The notes under the pieces are model-generated. The model made no database searches. It worked only from the letters and a program-made list of their open reading frames with translations, and had not been told where the DNA came from. Below, piece after piece: positions 1 to 10,854 of a stretch of 33,000 nt of DNA; the first letter of the stretch is position 1; every line of letters begins with the position of its first letter. Location of the stretch: assembly GCA_964247055.1 (NCBI GenBank), contig OZ176056.1:6851001-6884000 (forward strand), read 5' to 3'. Origin of the DNA: Paragordius varius. Lineage: Eukaryota > Animalia > Nematomorpha. A program made the position numbers and the translations under genes.

Positions 1-250
1 AAACTGAATGATCCAACACGTTCTCCGGAAAATTATCTCAAAGGCACGATTTTTGCGGACTTCTGCTTTCAAAAAAAACTCGTTTTTCACACGGGGTGGG
101 CCCGAACTGGGGGCCTATTTCAAAAAAGGGCGTATTGTCGGGGCATTCATTAATGATTATATTTTTTCGATGTTTGGATTTGAATGGGTCTACCGGTTTT
201 CCGGTACCAGATCACAAAGCCAGCATTTTCCATTTTTATAAACATATAGA
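1..250 (-). mobile_element. 5' end of a non-autonomous Helitron, running off the left window edge; same family as 26013-27585
   Basis: 1-250 aligns with ~27350-27585. On the - strand it begins A^TCTATATGTTTATAAAAATGG, i.e. a 5'-TC terminus preceded by A, as expected for a Helitron. Confidence 0.75.
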
Positions 251-1805
251 TTCCTAAATTTTTAGGCGTATACCTCTTATTACTTTTATTATCTAATATA
301 ATTCTTTGTCAAAAAACGCTTTTTATTTGATTAGCCTGGGTCTGTTTGAAACTAAAGAGTAGCTTAACCAGATGATAACATTAAAACATCTAATAACTCT
401 AATGTGCCCACAAAAGACACGGAAATAAATGAAAATGTTGAAAAGGAAATAGGGAATTTAGAAGTTGACAGTGTCAATCATCTTGAAACGCAAAACAAAA
501 ATTTGAATGAAGAAAAAATAGTCAACCAAAAATTTAAAAATTAGAAGCAATCAAAATTATTTAGGGAAAAATACACGGGAAAAACCAAATCATACATCAT
601 GATTACACAATTTGATTTATATGTAATTCATCAATCAAACAATTTATTAATTACAGTGCTTATATAACATGAAATTATTTGATTTAATAGAATAAATTAC
701 ATATATAAGTTACATTAATACTATTTTTTAATGGATTTTAATAGTTAAGACTGCGATTTCTGTTAAAATGAGCATTTGATTTATGTAATATTTTGCACAT
801 CAATTCTAACATGAAAAAAATATAAATATAAAAAAAATTCGTACCTTACATTCGAAACTAGATTCAAACGTTTATTCTTAAAACCAAAGGGATACTATTA
901 TTCTCGCAAAAGAAAAAATATTGGATACAATTTATGTTCGGAGTCAAAAAAATGGTATAAAACAAAAATTAAATCAAGATTGACCAATTTTGAACATAAA
1001 AGTATACTCTTTTGTGCCCACAAAAAAATATAATATTGATGCAAACTTAGTTGCACTTCCTGTAAGATAGCATGCTCGGAAGGTAAAAGAGATGATCTTA
1101 TATCAGCTACCTGTTCCTCATAATATTCATTGATTTCAGGGCCTGGGAGGTTGGAAACGATTGCTTCAATTTTCTTTCGTTTCTCAAGTAAATACTGAGA
1201 TCGGCATGCTCATGTTCACTCCGTTCAAGTAAATTTGGGCTTATCTGTTGTTTTACAACTTAATAAATTTTTTATTAATGTTTAAAAAAGCTAAATATCC
1301 CCATGCGAAGAAAATCTAAATCGATCTACAACTTAATAACTAAATTGATCGTTTAATAAAAAATCTTAAAAAGGTGATAGAAGTAATATATGAATTGAGT
1401 AGATTTCATCGTAAAAAATTTAAGCAATAACGGTTTCCGTAATAGACTCAACATAAAAAAATATCAATAAAACACATTAAAACTATCGAAAATTTGTTAA
1501 TGTGCCTATTTACCACATATCCTACCAATGAAAACTACATAATTAAAAATGAAATTGTCAATGTACTTGGTATAAATAAGTTTGTAAAGGTAGAGCCGTG
1601 TGATACATTGTACACGGTTGAAACAGATAAAAAGTGCGTGAAGGTGCAAAATCATTGGCCTTCGAGATCTCAAGAATGTAAAATTTTGAATACAGCAAGG
1701 AATTTAGATGTTCTTCGACTTCTTTAGCCGGCATCATGGCACAATCTTCGATTGTTTTTTGTTTACATACCCAAACTTCGTATTAATCTAAAAAATGATT
1801 CATAC

Positions 1806-4165
1806 CAGTGATACTCAAACCGCGGCCCGCGGGCCGCATGCGGCCTTAAGAGTGCTTTAAAATTGCCCTATGACCATATTGATACAAAATTATTTTTTTA
1901 TTGTATATATAAAAATATACATAAACGAATTTTCACTTATTTTAATATTAATTTATTTTCTTTAGTAATTTTGGTAATTTTTATTTACCGAATATGAAAT
2001 GTAAAAAACTATCTCTTCATTAAAATGATTTCAAAATTTTGGCACACGTTGTTTCTGTTTCTGTATTCTAAATTTTATTGCATTCCTTTTTTATTTAAGC
2101 CAGCCTTTCACCCACACTTGCATATACATATTCTTTATTGCTATCCTGCATCATTAAACTTCAACATCATTAAATTTTTACCTATCTTTTTATAGCATAA
2201 TTCAAATTATATTCACATTTGTTTGAAATTTACATTATATTTAAACATAAATTCAAAGGATGACATCTAATCTAAAAGACGTATATCATCCGATGAAAAT
2301 CACTCCTCTAAAAAAGAATGAAAAGAAAAATTCTTTGTCGTATTAAAACGTTGTTATCTGTCTTATATGTAAGGAAAACTTAATTAAAAAAAAATACAAT
2401 ATTGAAAGAAATATTACAATCCATCATTCTCATAAATTACCAAAAAATTATGAGGAAAGAAACGAAAAATATAAAAAGAGATTATGTCCATAGCTTTCGC
2501 CCAGGAAATGCTGTAACATTAGCTTCATGAAATTCGCAATATTTTAGGAAAATATATGAAACCGTTTACTGATTCCCAACTAATAAAAAATGTTAATAAA
2601 TAATTGCACTTTTTATTTGATAAATTCCATAATAAAGATCAAATCATGAGACAATTAAAAAACTTCAATTTTTTGATTCAACACGTGCTCGACGCATTGA
2701 ATATATATCTAAATATATTTTTACCAATACATTATTGGCCCGGAAAAACTGCAAATATTTTAGTATTGCAATTGATTCGAGCACTGATATTAGTTCAACA
2801 CCTCAATGTGCGCTCTTTGTGAGATTTTGCAACGACAACATAATCAACGAAGAATATTTAAAATTTTTACCACCACAAAAGGATTTGATTTTCTTTAAAT
2901 AATTAGCACTTTTTTCGATAATAATGGTATATCTATGAAAAAATTGGTTTTGATCTGCTCAGACGGCTCCCACTATGATTGGAATAAACAAATGATTTAT
3001 TCTTTTTTTGAAAAACAAACATAATATGCAAAATATTTTATCCTTTCACTGCTTTTCTCATCAGCCAAACTTGGTTTTGCGTTAAACGATAAATCACTCA
3101 ATTCTAATAAAACGGTAGAGCGTATAGTTAACCACATCCGTGGCAGAAAATTCAAATTCCAAAACCTTCTGAAAGATATCCACAGTAGGTTTGATGATAT
3201 TCTTTTGTATACCGCTGTGATTATTAAATAGATTTTTTTAAGACATAAAATCCTATATTTTATAAAGGATAACACAAAGATTGATGAGAAAATAAATAGC
3301 GACAAATGGTTAGTTATATTAGCCTACCTTTGCTACACTTATAAACTTAGTATTATTTAACAAGTCTTCGAGGGGGCAAAATAATAACCCAATTTGTTTT
3401 TGAAGAAAAATTAATAATATATAAACAAGATTATATGAATAAAACACCCCTATATTTCCAAAAGTTAAAACGATTCATGAAGAAAATATGGAAAATACTT
3501 TAAATATAGACATTTAACATTTTTATTTAATGAGAGGAAATACATAATTCAAGAATTAAAAAATATTAAAAATTGCTTAAATCCCGTTAAAATCTATGAC
3601 ATATGGATATATCCATATTCAGCAACTTGAGCATTTCGGTTTTGATCAAGCGCATATCATTGAAGAATTCGTAGATTTTAAAAATGAATCCAATTTGGAG
3701 GTTATATTCAAGGAGAATCGTAGAGAAGAAAGATATGTAAAGTGAAAATATGTGCCAAATAAATATGAAAACATAAAAAAATGTGCTCAAGTTATCCTAA
3801 CTGTATTTCCCTTAACTTACACGTTTGAGACGGCATATTCAAAAATGAAGTTTGCCAAGATATATATAGAAATCGCTTAACCGATGATTGTATAACGTCG
3901 TATTAAGAGTGGCTTGTCAGGAGGCGAAACCAAATTTGTCAAAAATTATTGGTTTTTCAAAATATTTTAATTTTTTAAACTAAATGGCGCAAAACGATTA
4001 GCTGGATTTGCATGCGATCCGCAAAAAATTCATTGTGCTGATTTAGAGTTAAATATGTGCATATGTGTCAAATAGCTATGGAATATTTGCCATTATAAGG
4101 TTTATGGCCCAGGAAAAAAAATATATTTTATTTGGCCCGACAAACTTTTTTGGTGAGTACCACTG
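1806..4165 (+). mobile_element. hAT DNA transposon (Buster/Charlie, GTF2IRD2/EPM2AIP1-like transposase), defective, copy 1
   Basis: TIRs CAGTGATACTCA...TGAGTACCACTG; subterminal GCGGCCCGCGGGCCGCATGCGGCC; imperfect 8-bp TSD ATTCATAC/ATATATAC. Broken transposase ~2260-3960 (GKYMKPFTD, FSIAID, LICSDG, FHC, LLYTAV, TVFPLTYTFETAYSKMK..RNRLTD). Confidence 0.92.
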
Positions 4166-6055
4166 ATATATACTAATATGTCATTTACATTATATATAAT
4201 TTTCAATAAATTTTTGAATCAATCAATGTTTAAGAATCTCAGGCACTATAATAAAACGCTTATTTAATATAACTTGCGTAGAAATCAACAATATGCTATG
4301 ATAAAAAGTAAAAAACAATAAATTACATATTTATATGTATGTAAACCCATATATAAGTGCAGATTTTACACCATATTGCTGTTGTATAAATTGATGGACA
4401 AATTGATCAAAAACATCAAGTAGGGCTACTTTTACAGGAAATTTATAATATCATCACGGGCATGACTTATCCACGCTTTTTCCCTATGAGAAGGGTCGGC
4501 CTTTCGTTTGAGCGCTTTGTTGATGTCTCATAAGTGTTTCATGTTGCGCACAAATATCTAAACAGTGTATAAAATCCTTTTTATTGTCTAATCCATACAC
4601 TGTTTCTATGTTGAAGGGATTATTTCAAGGTATGTGGAAGGATTTTGGCCATTGCAAATTGCTGTAAAATCAACATTTTCTAATATGTCGTGTAAAATCC
4701 TGTAAAAGTTTCAACATTCTTTTGTGTGATAACTTTTGTGAGAGACGAATTTATCAGTTGGTTATAGAACACAATGTATTTATTATAAAAAGCGGAACTT
4801 AACACATCAGCCAATACAATGCTTGTCATCTTATTTGGATTAAGACACCATAAACTCCGAGTTCGGCAGATTGAACTACGAAGTTTTTTGTTGGGAGTTT
4901 CCAATTTATTTGATGTGTCAATTGAGCGTTCAACTAAAGCTAGAATAATTGAGTTGCGAAATAGTTTTATTATATTGTCAATTTTGAATCAATATTTGGT
5001 ATTTAAGAAAATAATTAGTGTTGAATCCAGAATTTCCTTTTATCCCTTATAAGAAAAATATAATATATACTATTCATATCATCTTGGGAAACATTGAATG
5101 CCAAAGTAAAATTTGTTTGATTGGAATTTTCACGGTTAAAAATAGCTATCGTTCCAATATAATTATTTCTTGATGGATTGAAAAATGCGGTTTTTAACTC
5201 ATTTAAATCTAATTTTTTATATAATAAAACTAAGTTCTTAAAATTATCTTTTAGATCTATAGTGTATTGTCTATGTTTTGCTAAGAAATTTAATATTTCG
5301 CATTTCATCTTATTGAAATTTGTTGTAGAAGGATACAGAAACCTGTTAATTACAAAAATTATACATATTTATCCTTGATAAAAACAAAACATATGAATCA
5401 TTAATGGTTTCCCCATTATATTTTACAATTTAATTATACAAAAGAAATGACAAAAAATATTTAGTCTAATTAAATAAAGTATGAACTGCGGATATTTTAG
5501 ATATTTTACATTGCTCTTTGATTAACCGATGGAAGGATAACAGCGTTAAAGGTCCATTGATATAGATAATCTTAAAAAATTCTGAGCATGTTTCGCTATA
5601 TAATTTTACGAGGCTTAAAACATATAAAATGTGCTGATTTAAAAACATGCGGTGCCAAAATTATAATGCCACTAAATCAATTACGCTGTAAACATTCATT
5701 CAAGCAGTATAAGTTTATAAATCTTTTCTTGATACACCTGATATTTACATTCTACATGGTTTGTATGTTCACTTAATATTGATAAATTTATTACATACAA
5801 ATTAACTGATTAGTAATAATCACATATTTGAACATGAATAGAGGACATGTATTTGGTTCTAACAACTGAAATTCTACAAACTTCAATAATAACAAAGTTT
5901 GGATAACAAATCATGCTATATAATAAAAACACATATATTTTATTGACAACAAAACTTACAATGAAGATAAAAAAATTATAGATTTTTCTGTTGTTAAAAA
6001 TTTTGATCCAGAAATAAAAGTTATAAAAAATAAGTATGGCGCCTAAGTCCATCTG

Positions 6056-6408
6056 TTAACCGGCTCTTGGAGTTCTGCGACTAATTCTATTTCGTACAGT
6101 TCTGCCTCTAGCTGAATTCGTAGCTCTCTGAGTCCGTCTTCTTGGTGTTGTGACTCGACGTGAATTTACACGGGTAGAACGAATAATGCTATCATCATAA
6201 TAGTTATCATCATAGTAATAATCATCGTCGTAATAGTCATCACGACCCCCACGGCCTCGCCGTGCTAATTTTCTAGAAAAATCACCATTCAGTACTTTAA
6301 GCGACCTTGAGTTGTGGATTTTTGCTAAATTCAGAATATAAATATATCACAAATTTGCAGTCGAACGTTTATTCTGTATGAATGACGATTAGAAATATTT
6401 TTCATCAT
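6056..6408 (-). CDS. Two-exon 108-aa ORF with an Asp/Tyr tract and Arg-rich flanks; either the N-terminal extension of the ABCA-like gene or a stand-alone small basic protein
   Basis: Exon 6408-6351, 26-nt intron 6350-6325 (GT..TTAG), exon 6324-6056. Translation: MMKNISNRHSYRINVRLQISKIHNSRSLKVLNGDFSRKLARRGRGGRDDYYDDDYYYDDNYYDDSIIRSTRVNSRRVTTPRRRTQRATNSARGRTVRNRISRRTPRAG*. Locally much more GC-rich than its flanks. Confidence 0.5.
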
Positions 6409-6599
6409 TTTATAATATAATGATCGAAACTCTTCAAATAGTTTATGATATTTAACACTATGTTAAATATATTTTTATTTTTGAAATTGTATTGTTTTTG
6501 AAATTTTTTGTTAACGAAAAAGGCAATTTTGATACAACTTTTATTGTAAGTTAGAATAAAAATGTAATATATTTCAATTATGAGGGCTTATTGTATTAT

Positions 6600-9560
6600 T
6601 TTTAATATTAAAACACAGAATTCAGAACCGCTAACTGGTTATACAATCCCTTTTATTTTTTTGGAACAAAAAAAGAGCAAATTATTTCTTTAGTCGGGAA
6701 TGAATTTTTGTCGGCCTATAGACCGCCAAACGCTTTCATATAATTTTAAGTAAATATAAAGTAATAAAATTCTAACCTTCTGTGAAAAGCATATCTGTAG
6801 CTACCATTACCAAAATCAACATAAACCATGTCTGGTACTTCATGTTCAGAATGTTATCGGAGAAATATGTAAAAATAAACGTTTCTAGTGAAACTAACAT
6901 ATTAGGTACTTTGATAATTTCAGTTTTGAAGTCACGAGACGATTTTAAGTGCCAAATAGCGGTACAGCATAAATTTTATACCTGCTATATATCATTTTTG
7001 ATGCTTTTTTGATATAAATACAACCAAAGAGATGGTAATATATTTGGATATTGTTTGACAATATCGACAGCCAAGTTATTAGTTGATATGCTATAATGCA
7101 GTTATATTTTTCATAAGTTATTGTAAAATTACATATTATAATGGTCCAAATTTTTGTATCTTGAATAAATTAATACTGATTATCATTATTCTAGCTTTCA
7201 CAGTATTATAAAGCAGGAGAATACCATGAACACTTTTTAATTAAAGCATATTGATTATAAACACCTATTTAAAATCAATAAAAATCTTAAAATGTATATA
7301 TTTCCAAATTTGATTGTCCTTTGAATAATATGATCATTCGAAAACTTCAAGAAAGCAATAATTTTTGTTAAAATAGAAATAGTCGACGATCATAAAAAAT
7401 ATTAAAGATATTTTAAAATGATTTAACCTATAAATAAAAACATAAAAAGCATTATTTTGTAATATTATAAAGTAAGATCAATAATTAATTGTTTATGAAG
7501 AAGGACGCATTTATTTGATTTCTACTAACGATATCGAATCAACCAAAGAAATAAAAAAAACAGTTCATCTTTTCGTTTATCCTAAAACTGGTGCAAAACA
7601 CATGATACATAGTTTTGATTCCGATATATTCGGCACACAAATTGCAGAGAAGTGAGTTTTGAAGGCGCTTAAACCAGGGGTGTCGAACACGCGGCTGAAA
7701 ATAGCTACACTTTATGATATAAACTCCAGATTTTAAAAAGAGAGCTTTAAATCCACCTTTTTTATTATGGCGCGCTTTACAAAAATCGGAATCCAGGCGT
7801 TCATTTAAAAAAGGCACTTGGCTATAATTTGTCTTTAATGGATACTGTAATTCTATGTTAAATTATGGTTTTATAAGATTTTTAATCATTGGCTTTAAAG
7901 CCTGTTATTTTAAATGGTGGCTTATTTGAAGAGGATGGATCTCTGGCCAGTATATAAAAAATGCGATTAACTAACCTTTGTACAGGAAACTTCTTAATCA
8001 TTATTGAATACATATTATTTCATAATTTTCTGTTGGTCAGCTTAAAGCCACATTCTTATTTTATAGTGGCGCATTTTACTGTAAATAGAACCCTACCCAA
8101 GGGTTAATGTAAAAAATAGGCTGGCTTAATGTTACTGAACAGGTGAGACTATTTGTAGGCTTTCCGAAAAAATTTTGTGTTTTCTTGAAATTGCTTGGGA
8201 GCTAGGTATTTTTATATGGTGGCGCTTTTTACTGAAATAAACCCTATTAAAGGTTAATGTAAAATGTGGTCTCGGCTCAAATTTTTTACTTTAAGCTGAA
8301 AATAACTAACACCAATATTGATTTCTCGTATTTGGATGACAGAGGCATGATATTTTGGGGGAATTTTTTTTGAAATCATATAAAAATTGTTTGACTATGA
8401 TTGGCGTTTTCGTTAATACTTTACTTTAAAATTTGAATGGAAGGCTTTCTGAGTTTATAATAAAAGGCTAACACATTTTACAAAATTTCTGCCAGCCATT
8501 ATTTTATATTTTTATAATCGCAGAGAACGTCATTAAAATTATTATCCAACTAGTATTTTAATATATAACTAAAACTAAACTTAAAAATTATTTAAAAAAT
8601 ATAAACACTATGATTTTTTTTAAAACGTAGGTTTTTTGAAATACATCTTTAAAATTTGATTATAATTATTAAATTTTAGCTAAATATATTATTTATATTT
8701 AATGTATGTGATTGGGTATATTGCGTTAAAACATAACATTAGTTGTTAAACGTTAGTTATAACATTTTATCATAACAATCATTATAGTTTTACAAAATAA
8801 ATAAAATTAAACACTCACAAAAATATTTATATGAAAACAGTAATGCTTTCGAATATCTACTGTAATTGAGTATCACATATCCAACACTTATTTAAACCTC
8901 CAAACAATCATACTTGGTCTCGATCGGACTACTCTATTATTAAAAAACCCATTCTAATCTCAAAGTTTAGAATTTCTCATCAATATGCTTATGTGTGATC
9001 AATTAATAAAAATACCCTGCTATCATCGACCAATGCCTTTGATGACGATTGGAATATACAAGCTGAAAATTTCGGTATATTCAATTTACCCTTATTTAAA
9101 TCTAGGCATTTATTTCTTTAAATATGGGTTGATATGGTTAAAAAATTTGATTAAGAAATGAATGCAAATATCCATTTTGTAAATTGCAAATATTTTGGGG
9201 TGAAAAGAGAAGCCCAATTTTATTGTGCGTAACAATAAATTGAAACTCTTTCTCTATATAATGGGTTGGTAATATACATATATATTATGTATTTATATTT
9301 TGATATAAAATATTTTATAATGGTAATTTGTTAGAATTAAATACAACGGAGTGTCAGTATTCCACAAATCCTTTTAACGACAACTACAAAGATTCGGAAT
9401 TAGGTTTTTCGCTTAATACATCAGTGTTGAAAAAATTATTTAAAATATCGCGACACATATTGGAAAATTTGCCATTGCATATGGTATATAATATATTTAT
9501 ACAGTGAACGAAATTGCGGGGTTTAAAAATAATTTCATTAAGAATTGAATGCATATGACT
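6600..9560 (-). pseudogene. Second decayed ABCA-like gene, C-terminal half (TMD2-NBD2-R2), tandem and upstream of the first
   Basis: IIFKPRNFVHCINILYT/YAMANFPICVAIF (9535-9440; compare ABCA1 [27 protein letters not shown]); GLLFSPQNICNLQNG (~9217-9170); KGIGR (9040-9026); Q-loop-like GVYNQYALIKKCS (7265-7227); R2-like LETFIFTYFSDNI..VYVDFGNGSYRYAF (6890-6785). Many stops and frameshifts. Confidence 0.42.
7676..8290 (+). repeat. Degenerate ~150-bp tandem repeat (about 4 units) following a hAT-like left end
   Basis: Starts CAGGGGTGTCGAACACGCGGC. A GCTT(T)AAA..TTTTA..TGG(TG)GCGC-like motif recurs near 7745, 7892, 8040 and 8193, and 8059-8128 aligns with 8211-8280. No matching right TIR found. 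Confidence 0.5.
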
Positions 9561-9912
9561 GTAAATATACCATTTTTCAAGCAAACACACCATTTTTTCA
9601 GGCAAACGCAGCATTTTTTCAAGCAAAGACAACATTTTTTATCCAAACCAACAATTTTTCAACCAAGCGCAACATTTTTTCAACCAAAGACACCATTTTT
9701 TTAAGCAAAAAACAACAATTCTTTTTGCACCATTTTTTTTATTTTGACAATTCTATAATTAGTCATTTAATTTTAAGTTAATGATTAGTTAAAATTTTGC
9801 GTTGAATTATGATATTTATTCTTTTATAAAAATATTTGATGGTAAAATTATTTCGAAACATTTGAATTTTGTCCTAAATTTAATTATTTTATTTATTATA
9901 TTGAATATTCTG

Positions 9913-10487
9913 TACCATTTGCACCTCAAGAGTGTCTTTGAACACTTCAAGTTGGTCCTTGAACATTTCAAGTTGGTCTTTGAACTCAAGTTGGTCCTTA
10001 ATACGTTTTAACCATAATTTTTGCATATATATTTTTATTTTATATTTACCTAATTTTCTTTATTTATTATATAATTGTTTATTTAAAAATAAAATTATAC
10101 AAAAACCACTTTTTATTCCAAACTAATTTTATTCCAATTTAAAAAATTGTTAAGTTTTAATTTTTTCAATGAAAAATTTAAATAATAACTCAGAAAACTT
10201 AGATATTTTTTAATTAGGTGTTAAAATCTCATAAATACCCAAAATATTTTCAAGAAATTAATAAAGATATCCGGTTTATTAAAAATTGATATTGATATAA
10301 AATTTATGTTAAATAATAGAATATAGGTTAAAAACGATAAAATAGATTAATGATATGCGATTTGATTGATAAAAGTTAAAAACAAAACAAAAAAGTCAAA
10401 TGACCAACATGAAGTGTTCAAGGACCAACTTAAAATGTTCAAGACTAACTTGAAGTTGGTAAGGACACTCTTGAAGTGCAAATGGTA
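9913..10487 (+). mobile_element. MITE family A, older complete copy
   Basis: TIRs TACCATTTGCACCTCAAGAGTGT...ACACTCTTGAAGTGCAAATGGTA, 3-4 degenerate 21-bp units per end, and a core that aligns with 20330-20745. Confidence 0.85.
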
Positions 10488-10489
10488 TA

Positions 10490-10854
10490 TTTTACATAAA
10501 TTTTAAATCAATATTAACCGTTAATCAGTGAGAAACCATATGATTTAAACATGTAATTAAAAATATATAAGTTTTCTGAGTTAAAATTCACAGTTTTTTT
10601 TTGAAAACATTTGAGAGTTAATAATTTTGTTAAATCGGAAAAAAATAGTTTGAAACAAAAAAGTGGTTTTTGAACAAAAAATTTTATTTTTAAATGAACA
10701 AATATATACTAAATAAAGAAAATTAGGTTAAAAAATAAAAAAAAATACATGCAAAAATTATGGTTAAATCAAATAAACATTCTAAGCTAAGTACCAAGAA
10801 ATGTTCAAAGACCAACTTGAAGTGTTCAAGGATACTCTTGAAATGTAAATGGTA
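10490..10854 (-). mobile_element. MITE family A, inverted copy lacking its right end
   Basis: The reverse complement aligns with the left TIR and core of 20102-20660 (with an internal deletion) and stops at the right TIR of the 9913-10487 copy. Confidence 0.8.

Larger units (their letters stand above)
860..6408 (-). pseudogene. Decayed ABCA-subfamily-like transporter, N-terminal half plus start of the second half, interrupted by a hAT insertion
   Basis: Degenerate motifs occur in ABCA order on the - strand: TM1-like FWIKIFNNRK..MICYP (~6015-5900); exodomain IGTIAIFN..NFTLAFN..NYFLKYQILIQ (5340-4985); Q-loop-like VYGLD..CLDICAQHETL (4600-4532); signature-like SHREKAWISHA (~4491-4459); Walker-B-like PVKVALLDV (~4438-4412); H-loop-like SILLISTQ (4297-4274); regulatory-domain-like INKFSIVLMCFIDIFL (1501-1454); TM7-like HQYYIFLWAQKSILL..FLTP (1045-940). 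Short GT-AG introns are present (e.g. 6325-6350), along with many stops and frameshifts. Confidence 0.55.

Noticed and set aside
385-665. Coding-like E/N/K-rich + strand stretch (TSNNSNVPTKDTEINENVEKEIG...)
   Set aside because: It has an internal stop, no start or splice model and no recognisable family. It may be Helitron-adjacent gene debris.
8831-9232. Long + strand frame broken by TGA/TAA, suggesting stop-codon reassignment
   Set aside because: Both stop types occur, no protein family is recognisable, IBA57 reads cleanly in the standard code, and the - strand gives a better (ABCA-like) interpretation.
9315-9326. TTATAATGGTAA matching the start of the 3' LTR, as a candidate 5' LTR start
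   Set aside because: It is only 12 AT-rich bases, and the following sequence does not align with the LTR.
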